From Candidatus Heimdallarchaeum aukensis (GTDB taxonomy: Archaea > Asgardarchaeota > Heimdallarchaeia > Heimdallarchaeales > Heimdallarchaeaceae), in NCBI GenBank assembly GCA_021513695.1, contig CP084166.1, positions 2,368,001 to 2,432,000 on the forward strand: 64,000 nt of DNA, in the 5' to 3' direction. How positions within the stretch are numbered: position 1 is the first letter of the stretch; every line of letters begins with the position of its first letter. Shown piece after piece: positions 10,578 through 18,874 of the stretch. A program made the position numbers and the translations under genes. Under the pieces are notes generated by a model. It was not told the origin of the DNA. It made no database searches and saw nothing but the letters and a program-made list of their open reading frames with translations.

Positions 10578-11702
10578 ATGAATAAAAAAGGAATCTTTTT
10601 AATGGCATTGTTCTTACTTTCATTCCTTAGTGTAATGCCAACTAAGGCCGTAGTGGAAGATAAGAACACTGTTACCATTACATTGGGAACAGATGTCGCT
10701 GGTTATGTTGACAAAGGTGAACTCTATGTCGAAATTGACCGCGACGTCCTTCCAGATGGAAAAATCTTCTACACTGGAGATGAGCTATGGTTACACTTCT
10801 TCTATGATGTAGCCTATACAAACTTCTTCGGTGCAGCAGCTCCAAATGGAGGTTTCCAATGTGATGCATGGTTCTATGAAGAACCAGATGAAAACGGACT
10901 ATATAATGAAACAAGATTCAGTGGTATGCTAAACGGATATCTAGACGACTACGATTTAGGTCTAACAGATTTCGATCCTTACGACGGTAATACAACCCAA
11001 GAAATAACAATTACCTTAGAGGAAGGATGGCACACCTTTACTATTGTAGCTGCTGAATACATTTCAGACAACACTCATACCGAATTCCACTGGGAATGGG
11101 TAAAAGATCAAGTAAGCTTCTACGTTACTTCTGATACAACCTTAACAGAAGCTCCTGCAGTCGAATCATCCGGTAAGAAAGTCAAATTCGAATCAATCGC
11201 TAAAAACTCTGAAAACATGACCAACGGATTTGATTGGACAGATCCATGGACTGTTCGTCCAGTAGCTGAACCAGCTGCTTATTCAGACCTAGAAATATCA
11301 ACAAAGAAACTAGTAACCAAACTAACTGCTTATTACAACACTACATGGCAAGAATTAAACTTGACTGACTACGTTTGGGATACAGGTTTTGTTGATGAGT
11401 ATTCAATGGGTTATGGTGATGTTGCATGGTTCAATGCTGCTATAAACAACAGTTTAGTACAAGCAACTGAAGGAACTATTCCTTTGAACCTTGGAGTAAA
11501 CTACGTTGTATTTGCAGTAGTTGGATTCCACGCAGCTGATTTTGCAGCACTTTATGGAATACCCTTCCCAACAGTGCAATTCTCAAGCGTAATCTACAAG
11601 ATTGATGTAGTACCAGGACTAGGACCATCATACGGTATCCTTATAAGTGTCTCAATCTTTGGTCTAGTGGCTGCTTTAGGATTAAAGCGCTTCAGAAAAT
11701 AA
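10578..11702 (+). CDS. Secreted surface protein with signal peptide and C-terminal TM anchor
   Basis: ATG 10578 is preceded by AGGTG (10564-10568); the track start GTG 10566 is less likely. Signal-like MNKKGIFLMALFLLSFLSVMPTKA. C-terminal ILISVSIFGLVAALGLKRFRK. Codon usage prefers C-ending codons. Confidence 0.6.
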   Translation: MNKKGIFLMALFLLSFLSVMPTKAVVEDKNTVTITLGTDVAGYVDKGELYVEIDRDVLPDGKIFYTGDELWLHFFYDVAYTNFFGAAAPNGGFQCDAWFYEEPDENGLYNETRFSGMLNGYLDDYDLGLTDFDPYDGNTTQEITITLEEGWHTFTIVAAEYISDNTHTEFHWEWVKDQVSFYVTSDTTLTEAPAVESSGKKVKFESIAKNSENMTNGFDWTDPWTVRPVAEPAAYSDLEISTKKLVTKLTAYYNTTWQELNLTDYVWDTGFVDEYSMGYGDVAWFNAAINNSLVQATEGTIPLNLGVNYVVFAVVGFHAADFAALYGIPFPTVQFSSVIYKIDVVPGLGPSYGILISVSIFGLVAALGLKRFRK

Positions 11703-11717
11703 TAAAGGTGAAAAAAA

Positions 11718-13667
11718 ATGAACAAGAAACTATTTATTGCCCTTTTTGTAGTCTCTACAATGTTGGTGTCTAGTGTATATTCTGCTTCAACAAGTAAGGC
11801 TGCAGTAGAACCAATCGCCACTTTAACCTATAAAACAAACGGTGGAGGCTTCCGTCCCGATTATGGTCTTTACATTGCTCAATACTTAAGTGAATTAGGT
11901 ATTAAAGTTAATGTAAAGGTTGAGGAATGGATAGTCTTCGTAGGTACACTGTTAGTTACCTACGACTTTGACCTCGCTTTTGTAGGTTTAGTAGGTGGTG
12001 GTGCAGACCCTGATCTAACAGGTGTATACAACGAAAATGGTTCTCTAAACATGTTTGGTATAAACACCAAAATGCCTTATGGAGCAGAAAATGAAGAAAT
12101 GATGAAGGAAGGAGTCCTCATCATGGATCTTGAAGAAAGACAACAACACTATTATGAATGGCAACAATTAATCATGGACAAAATCTTGCCAATGTTACCA
12201 TTCTTCAGTCCTCGTTCATATGTTGCTAATTGGGCTACATTAGACGGATATGACAATCGTTGGGGTATAATTGACTCCTTACCATACATGGAGTTCACAG
12301 AATTACACGAAGGTCAAACATCCACTGAAGAATTCTATGATTCTGACGCTAAATGGAAAGAATTGAACCCATTGTTGCAAGATGATGCATCAAGTTCTTA
12401 CATTTCATCCTTAGTCATGGAACCATTAATGCAAATGACTCCTGACTTTGAACCAGTCAAAACTGGTATAGTTATCGATTGGGAACAAGATGAAACCAAT
12501 GAACTCTTATACAAATTCACTCTACGTGATGATGTCTACTGGAACCCATCCTTCAACATCACAGGCAGAGATAGTAGCTCTGATCCATTAGTTGATGAAG
12601 ATGGAAACATCGTAGATCCCAGCATCTTAATGGTTGGTGATAAAGGAGAGTTCAGTGATGGAACAAACCAACAAGTAACTGCTAAAGACGCAGTATTCAC
12701 ATTACTTGCTTGGGCAAACCCAATCACCAGTGAAGACGCTGATGTATACAAATGGATTCATGACATATGGGTTGATCCTGAAGATGAATTATCCTTCTGG
12801 ATAGAAATCGATGGTGATCCTGACACTCCTGAACCAGAAAATTATGCACCCTTCTGGTCAGCAATGACTCCAAGATTACTACCAGAATTCTTCTTAAACA
12901 CAACCAACACAACTGTTACATACTCCTCTGGTGGAGTACCAATGGTTGGTTTAGGAGAAGGTATTCTTGATACTCCTCAATGGAAGACCTACAGTACTTC
13001 CGCATTTGGTTGTGGTAAGTACATGTTAGACTACTACGTTGAGAACTCAATTACAGTCTTACAAGCTTCTCCATTCTGGTTTGGTGTAGGAGCCATTGAC
13101 GGAACAGAACAAGATCTAGATATCAAAACCTTCAACATTCGTGTTATTCCAGATCAAACATCTGCATTAGCAGAATTCAAAGCTGGAAAACTCGATATCA
13201 TGGGTATGACTGCCTTCCCAGAGGAAAGAAAGGAGATGGAAACCGATCCTAGATTCGAAGTTCAATCAGCTCTAAGAAGCTATGTTAACTTCATGGGATT
13301 CAACCTCAGAAGACCATTCATCGGTGGAGACGACAACTATGTCTTCTTAACTGAACCTGGTTATGAGGAATATACCAAAGCTCTCGCTGTCAGAAAAGCT
13401 ATTGCATACGCAATCGACAGAGAAGAAATCAACAACGTTCTTCATGATGGTGAATACTTGATCTCTCACAGCGTTATTTATCCAGTACAAGCATTCTGGT
13501 ATTATAACGACATTATCAAGTACAACCATGATCTCGATACAGCTATTGCATGGCTTAAGAGAGCAGGAGTATATAAGGAAGCTGAAGTTACAACAACTCC
13601 ATTACCAATAATTGGTGTTGTTGCAGCAATCATGTCCTTTGTTTTACTCAGAAGGAAGAGAAACTAA
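11718..13667 (+). CDS. Family-5 (DppA/OppA-type) solute-binding protein, membrane-anchored, conserved blocks in permuted order
   Basis: Signal peptide present. Blocks LSELGIKVNVKVEEW..GADPD..LEERQQHYYEWQQLI..LPMLPFF are canonically C-terminal but sit at the N-terminus. Blocks LLYKFTLRDDVYW..VTAKDAVFTL..RKAIAYAIDREEI..AIAWLKRAG follow them. C-terminal TM followed by LLRRKRN. Confidence 0.7.
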   Translation: MNKKLFIALFVVSTMLVSSVYSASTSKAAVEPIATLTYKTNGGGFRPDYGLYIAQYLSELGIKVNVKVEEWIVFVGTLLVTYDFDLAFVGLVGGGADPDLTGVYNENGSLNMFGINTKMPYGAENEEMMKEGVLIMDLEERQQHYYEWQQLIMDKILPMLPFFSPRSYVANWATLDGYDNRWGIIDSLPYMEFTELHEGQTSTEEFYDSDAKWKELNPLLQDDASSSYISSLVMEPLMQMTPDFEPVKTGIVIDWEQDETNELLYKFTLRDDVYWNPSFNITGRDSSSDPLVDEDGNIVDPSILMVGDKGEFSDGTNQQVTAKDAVFTLLAWANPITSEDADVYKWIHDIWVDPEDELSFWIEIDGDPDTPEPENYAPFWSAMTPRLLPEFFLNTTNTTVTYSSGGVPMVGLGEGILDTPQWKTYSTSAFGCGKYMLDYYVENSITVLQASPFWFGVGAIDGTEQDLDIKTFNIRVIPDQTSALAEFKAGKLDIMGMTAFPEERKEMETDPRFEVQSALRSYVNFMGFNLRRPFIGGDDNYVFLTEPGYEEYTKALAVRKAIAYAIDREEINNVLHDGEYLISHSVIYPVQAFWYYNDIIKYNHDLDTAIAWLKRAGVYKEAEVTTTPLPIIGVVAAIMSFVLLRRKRN

Positions 13668-13668
13668 A

Positions 13669-13701
13669 TTTTCAAACATTTTCTTTTTTTCTATTTTTTT
13701 T
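13669..13701 (+). terminator. Oligo-T tract downstream of the SBP gene (archaeal-type terminator candidate)
   Basis: T-runs tctttttttc tattttttttt lie directly after the stop at 13665-13667. Confidence 0.3.
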
Positions 13702-13785
13702 TGAATTCAGTTCAGTTTTGACGATTGTTAAAATTTTTAACTGTTGCTGATTTTTGTTTCACATAAAAGGTCAAGTGTTTGTCTT

Positions 13786-14214
13786 ATGCGTTGCCCCTAC
13801 TGTGGTTATCATAAAATAGTTAAGAAAGCAGATAAAAGATTAATCCATGAGTGTCCTAGATGTAAGTATCAATTTGAAGTCAGTTTTTCTAAAATGATGT
13901 TTGAGAAAATTTTTTCTATACCTTTTTCTTCAGTCATTGTCTTCTCGGTTATCCAAGTGATGTGTTTTTCTCTGTCACTTATTTCAAATGAATTTTTATC
14001 TAAATCTTTTTGGAATAGTTTCACTGTATTTAACGCTCTCTTTCTTGTAGTGCAGCTCTTTTTATATTTCATTTACGTAGAACCCAAACAGATTTTCCTA
14101 ATAAAAGATAAAGTGAGTTTTATACGTAAAATTGTCTATCTTTCCCCTTTCTTAAAAATCTCAATGTTAATAGTTGTCACAATAATTACTATTCAAATTA
14201 TAGTCATTAAATAA
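13786..14214 (+). CDS. Zinc-ribbon membrane protein, hypothetical
   Basis: ATG 13786 gives MRCPYCGY..17..CPRCKY followed by 3-4 hydrophobic helices. The track start 13744 is a TTG. Confidence 0.45.
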   Translation: MRCPYCGYHKIVKKADKRLIHECPRCKYQFEVSFSKMMFEKIFSIPFSSVIVFSVIQVMCFSLSLISNEFLSKSFWNSFTVFNALFLVVQLFLYFIYVEPKQIFLIKDKVSFIRKIVYLSPFLKISMLIVVTIITIQIIVIK

Positions 14215-14299
14215 AGAAATGGTGAAATGATTTTTTCATTTCTTACTTCTTGGAAAAAAAAGATTCAAAGTCCTTTAGAATTTGAGTTAGTAGTGACAC

Positions 14300-15067
14300 T
14301 TAACTCTTTATTCTTATTTTTATCCTCTTAGAGCACCAATTTATTATGCTTTTTGCAATAATAAACTTCTGAAATTTTTTGCCAATCTTCTCTTTCGTGA
14401 GAGTGTTTACTTTTGAGTATTTTCCTATTTTTTCTCCAAAGTCATACCCAAAAAGGATAACTTTTTTTATTTCTGAATTTACGGCAAAACAAACAGCTCT
14501 ATCACCATCTGTAAAACCTAAAAAATTTCTAAAATTTCCTAATTCTTCTGTTTGTGTTGAAAATAACACGTTTCCTGCCTTTATTAGTTTGGGTAGATAT
14601 TTCTTTGCTTGTTCAAGATTATCCCCGTGAATATGAACAATCATAGTAGAACCGAGTCTTTGGGCTTCTATTTGATCTTCTACGCAACCGTCTAAATCAG
14701 AAATAATAACTTCAGGAATCAGGTTCTGTTCTAATAAAAATGTTGTAGCCCCATCAACTGAAATAAGAACGGTGTTAGTAACATTTTTTGATTTTATTTC
14801 TTTAATTTTTTTTGCTGTTTCATTTGATAAACTATTTCCAGGGGCTATAATTATTGCTGTTTTTCTTTTTAATTCATTTACTAACTCTTCAACCCTTAAA
14901 TTAGGTTTGAATAAGTTATCAATATCCTTCACAGCATTTAAGTCGCTTTGTGGAGAAATATTTAGAAAATCACATATCGCAGGATACCAATGTTCTAGCC
15001 AAGTGGAAAGAGAAAAATCTAGTTTCTCAAGTTGAAGAAACAATGTATTTTCAGTCTTAAAAATCAT
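14300..15067 (-). CDS. mptE: MptE-like 6-hydroxymethylpterin diphosphokinase family protein (DUF115)
   Basis: IIIAPGNSL (GxGPSL-like), ISVDGAT, VIISDLDG and IVHIHGDN match the remembered DUF115/MptE pattern. The start overlaps the upstream ClC gene by 11 nt. Confidence 0.55.
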   Translation of the reverse strand: MIFKTENTLFLQLEKLDFSLSTWLEHWYPAICDFLNISPQSDLNAVKDIDNLFKPNLRVEELVNELKRKTAIIIAPGNSLSNETAKKIKEIKSKNVTNTVLISVDGATTFLLEQNLIPEVIISDLDGCVEDQIEAQRLGSTMIVHIHGDNLEQAKKYLPKLIKAGNVLFSTQTEELGNFRNFLGFTDGDRAVCFAVNSEIKKVILFGYDFGEKIGKYSKVNTLTKEKIGKKFQKFIIAKSIINWCSKRIKIRIKS

Positions 15068-16832
15068 CTAAATCTTCCTTTGTTATCTTTCTTTTGCTCT
15101 CTAGCTTAAGAAGAGCAGTGTTATATCTACTAACTACATCATTGAAGTTTATAAAACCAATGACTTTCTTATCATTTTTTAAGGATACTACTGGCATCCC
15201 TTCAATATTATTGTCTTTTAACTTTGCGATGACTACTCTTAATGTATCACTTGGTTTAACGGTTATTACGTTTTCAGTCATTACTTCGTGAACATACTTT
15301 TTATTAGAAGAAAAACCTCTTGAGAAATCTGAACTCGCAATAATTCCAACAAGATTATCTTCTTCGTCAAAAACAGATATGGCTGAAACTTTGTGCAGAT
15401 ATAGTAGTGAAATTGTATTCTTAAGTAGGTCATTCTTTTTTACTTTGGGAAAAACAGTATCCATTGCTTCAGAAACTTTTATTCCTTCCAAGATGTCAGT
15501 ATTGCTTATTTTTTTCCTTAATATGACTTCTTTGCTTTGTACTTGTCCAGTATATAGACTGAAATCCATGGAAACTACAAAAGCTGCAGCATTTGATAGA
15601 ATTATTGGAATAACAAGAGAAGGAAATCCTAACATTTCTAAAACAATAAGCATAGATGCAATCGGAGTTTTTGTAGTGGCTGCATGCATTGCAGACATTC
15701 CTACTATAATAAATGCAATATAATTGACGCCAGGAAAGATCTTAGAATAAACAGCCCCCAAAACAGCTCCTGTTACTAGCGATGGACCCATGACTCCTCC
15801 AGATGCACCCATTCCAACACATGTGGAAGTAACAATAATTTTACCAAGAAAAAGAAGAAGTAGAATAGAAAAACCTATATTTTCACCTTTCTCTAAAAGA
15901 AAATTTATCGCTTGAAAACCTGTTCCTTGTAAAGATAGACCTTCTGGTAATCCTAAACTGAACAAAAAGACGATAAGAGCTGTAATTGTCATTCCAATAA
16001 AAGGGAGAATATATGACCATTTTATGTATCTATTAACTAAATTTGTAAGGGATTTATATAGTAATGAAAAACCTATTCCTGAAATTCCAGAAATAACTCC
16101 TAATAATAAGAACAAAAGAGAATTAACAATTGTAAGCTGTACTGGAGCTGTTTCAATATCTAAATAAACAGGGTGGGAGTTTAGTGCTGTCAAAATTGCC
16201 ATTGAAACTAAAAGAGAAATTGCACTTCCCAAAAGAGCAGGAAGAAATACTGTTTCATCAAGATCGTGTTTGTATGGAACTTCAGAAGCAAAAACTGTTC
16301 CACCTAAAGGAGAACGAAAAACTGCTGCAGTGCAAGCTGCTGCTCCTATTGTTATAGCATGTGTAGCATCATCTTGGTTGAATTTCATTTTTTCTCCTAA
16401 AGAATAAGCCATCGCTGCTCCTATTGTAACAGATGGTCCTTCTCTTCCTGCAGGAGCATTTACTCCCAAAGTGAGAAAACTTGCTACAAACTTTGACCAA
16501 ATAACTCGAATAGGAATTTTCTTTCCCGTGTTTTTATGTTCTAAAATATAGGAAATTCCTGCTCCTCGCACTTCATCAAACCCAAAATAAAGGAAGAGTG
16601 ATATTAATGCTCCAGTTAATGGAAAAGAAATCAAAATAGAAATTTGAGACAACCATTTTTGAGTATTAACTACAAGGCTTGCAAACAAACCCATTACAAC
16701 TCCACTTATAATACCAGTAATGATTGCAAAGGGAAACCATTTTTTGCTATATTTCCAATATTTGATAAAAACCTCTTTAAAATTCCTAAAAAATCTCTTA
16801 TTTTCTTTATCATTTATTGCTTTTTTTTTCAC
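15057..16832 (-). CDS. ClC-type chloride channel/antiporter with C-terminal CBS pair
   Basis: GAGISY, GREGPSVTIG and GGVMGPSL selectivity-filter segments. About 11 TM helices. C-terminal tandem CBS-like region (VSAISVFDEEDNLVGI..IEGMPVV). Confidence 0.85.
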   Translation of the reverse strand: MKKKAINDKENKRFFRNFKEVFIKYWKYSKKWFPFAIITGIISGVVMGLFASLVVNTQKWLSQISILISFPLTGALISLFLYFGFDEVRGAGISYILEHKNTGKKIPIRVIWSKFVASFLTLGVNAPAGREGPSVTIGAAMAYSLGEKMKFNQDDATHAITIGAAACTAAVFRSPLGGTVFASEVPYKHDLDETVFLPALLGSAISLLVSMAILTALNSHPVYLDIETAPVQLTIVNSLLFLLLGVISGISGIGFSLLYKSLTNLVNRYIKWSYILPFIGMTITALIVFLFSLGLPEGLSLQGTGFQAINFLLEKGENIGFSILLLLFLGKIIVTSTCVGMGASGGVMGPSLVTGAVLGAVYSKIFPGVNYIAFIIVGMSAMHAATTKTPIASMLIVLEMLGFPSLVIPIILSNAAAFVVSMDFSLYTGQVQSKEVILRKKISNTDILEGIKVSEAMDTVFPKVKKNDLLKNTISLLYLHKVSAISVFDEEDNLVGIIASSDFSRGFSSNKKYVHEVMTENVITVKPSDTLRVVIAKLKDNNIEGMPVVSLKNDKKVIGFINFNDVVSRYNTALLKLESKRKITKEDLDDF

Positions 16833-17031
16833 ACTTCTAACTTGAAAAGAACTCTTTTATTTTTTTCTCCATCTTATAGTTGAGAAAAATTTCTTCTTAA
16901 ATTCCTTTAGTTAGGAAAACAAATGTAAAATTGATAAACTATTATTATAAATATTTAATTATATATAACGATTAATAGTTATCTAAAATTTAATATATTT
17001 GCTTAAAATCGAGAGTTATAGGGGATTAGTG
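16833..17031. promoter_or_regulatory. Divergent promoter region of the two ClC genes
   Basis: About 200 nt, extremely AT-rich, with several TATA-like stretches (ttattataaatatttaattatatataa). A purine-rich aggggatt lies before ATG 17032. Confidence 0.3.
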
Positions 17032-18804
17032 ATGAAATTGCGATTGCCACATGTGAATTTTAAGTTACCGAGTTATACAAAAAAATGGTTGCTATTAGAT
17101 GTATTAGGAATAATTATTGGTATTATTGGAGGGTTAGGAGCAGTATTCTTTCGTTTTATTTTAAAGTACCTCAAGATCTTCTTTTTTGATATCTTGTTAC
17201 CATTAGTTACAATAAATGTTGGTGGATTTAATTTAGGTTATATATTTCTTCCAATAATTGGGGCTTTAATTGTAGGGCCTGTTGTTATGTTTTTTGCTCC
17301 TGAAACTAAAGGACATGGTGTTCCTGAAGTGATGGAATCTGTAGCATTAAAAGGAGGGGAGATAAGAAAAAGAGTTGCTTTTCTAAAAGTGGCTGTTTCT
17401 TCTATAACTATCGGTTCTGGAGGCAGTGCGGGAAGAGAAGGACCAATTGCCCAAATAGGTGCAACACTTGGCTCATTCTTTGGAGGACTATTCAAACTTG
17501 ATCCACAACATAAAAAGCTGATGGTTGTTTGCGGTCTATCTGCTGGTATAGCTGGGACATTTAATGCTCCACTTGGCGGAGCGTTATTTGGAATGGAAGT
17601 GCTGTTGAGAGGAATAGGATTATTTAACGCAATGCCAGTAATTTTGTCTTCTGTAGTTTCTGTAGGTGTAGCTTCAGTGTTGATTCCGATAGCATTAGGT
17701 GAAGAAGTAGGACCTGCTTTTATTATAGATATAGCAACATCATGGAATCCTGCAGAACTGCCTTTATATATTGTTTTAGGAATAGTATTTGGATTATTGT
17801 CAATATTATGGGTAAAAGGATTCTACTTTATAGAGGATATTTTTGACAAACTAAAAATTTATCCTCATCTAAAACCAGCAATTGGAGCCTTTTTTACAGG
17901 ATTAATTATTGTCTTCTTCCCAACATATGGTATCGCTGGAGTTGGTTATGAAGGGATAGAACTTGCTCTTGTTGGAGAAATAACTTTGGGTTTATTAATA
18001 GCTCTAGGTTTTCTCAAAATTCTAGCAACAGGATTCTCAATTGGTTCGGGAGGAAGTGGAGGAATCTTTGCTCCTAGTTTATATATAGGCGCTATGTTTG
18101 GAACTGCAATAGGCATGGTTTTTAAATTAATTTTTCCAGGAACTGTGTCTAATTGGACAACATATTCATTAGCTGGTATGGGCGCTTTATTTGCAGGTGC
18201 AGCACAAGCTCCAATAAATGTAATAATAATGATTCCAGAGATGACCAACGATTATTTATTGATACCACCAATTGCTATTGCTTCATTCATCAGTTTTTTC
18301 ATTAATTGGATATTCATGAAAGGGACTTCAATTTACACAATAAAATTAGAAAGAAGAGGAGTTAAAATTAGAATGGGTAGTCCTTTCATTTTAGAATTAG
18401 TGAAAAACGAAGAAATAATGACAAAAGATGTGGTTACTCTCCAAGAAAAGTTTCCTGTTTCAATCCTAGAGCTATACTTTGAAGAACATCAACACCATGG
18501 ATATCCAGTGCTAAATGAAGAAAAGAAACTTGTGGGAGTTGTAACCTTGGGAGACTTGCAAAAGTTAGAAGAGGAAGAAAGAAAAAACAAAATCATTGGA
18601 GATATTTGTTCAAGAGAGCTTGTGACCGTTAAAGCAGAAGAAACAGTCTCTGAAGCTTTAAGAAAAATGAATGAGTTTGATATTGGTAGAGTAATTGTTG
18701 TAGATAGTGAAGACCCTAATAAAATAAAAGGAATAGTTACGAGAACTGATATAATGAATGCTTATCGTATTGCTTCACAAAACCCGGCACTTACAACACT
18801 TTAA
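17032..18804 (+). CDS. ClC-type chloride channel/antiporter with C-terminal CBS pair (paralogue)
   Basis: GHGVPEV, GREGPIAQIG and GGIFAPSLYIG motifs. C-terminal CBS pair (HHGYPVLNEEKKLVGVVT, IGRVIVVD..IKGIVT). The track start 16999 is a TTG; ATG 17032 is preferred. Confidence 0.85.
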   Translation: MKLRLPHVNFKLPSYTKKWLLLDVLGIIIGIIGGLGAVFFRFILKYLKIFFFDILLPLVTINVGGFNLGYIFLPIIGALIVGPVVMFFAPETKGHGVPEVMESVALKGGEIRKRVAFLKVAVSSITIGSGGSAGREGPIAQIGATLGSFFGGLFKLDPQHKKLMVVCGLSAGIAGTFNAPLGGALFGMEVLLRGIGLFNAMPVILSSVVSVGVASVLIPIALGEEVGPAFIIDIATSWNPAELPLYIVLGIVFGLLSILWVKGFYFIEDIFDKLKIYPHLKPAIGAFFTGLIIVFFPTYGIAGVGYEGIELALVGEITLGLLIALGFLKILATGFSIGSGGSGGIFAPSLYIGAMFGTAIGMVFKLIFPGTVSNWTTYSLAGMGALFAGAAQAPINVIIMIPEMTNDYLLIPPIAIASFISFFINWIFMKGTSIYTIKLERRGVKIRMGSPFILELVKNEEIMTKDVVTLQEKFPVSILELYFEEHQHHGYPVLNEEKKLVGVVTLGDLQKLEEEERKNKIIGDICSRELVTVKAEETVSEALRKMNEFDIGRVIVVDSEDPNKIKGIVTRTDIMNAYRIASQNPALTTL

Positions 18805-18874
18805 TAACTTTTTTCTCTTTTTTCTTGAAAAAGCATAATCTTGAAAAGGTAAAAAAAGAAAAGAATAATAGGCA

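Noticed and set aside
17238-18248. ORFs 17238..17495 and 17946..18248 antisense to the second ClC gene
   Set aside because: They are P/A/I-rich mirrors of the Gly-rich ClC filter regions. No independent evidence supports them.
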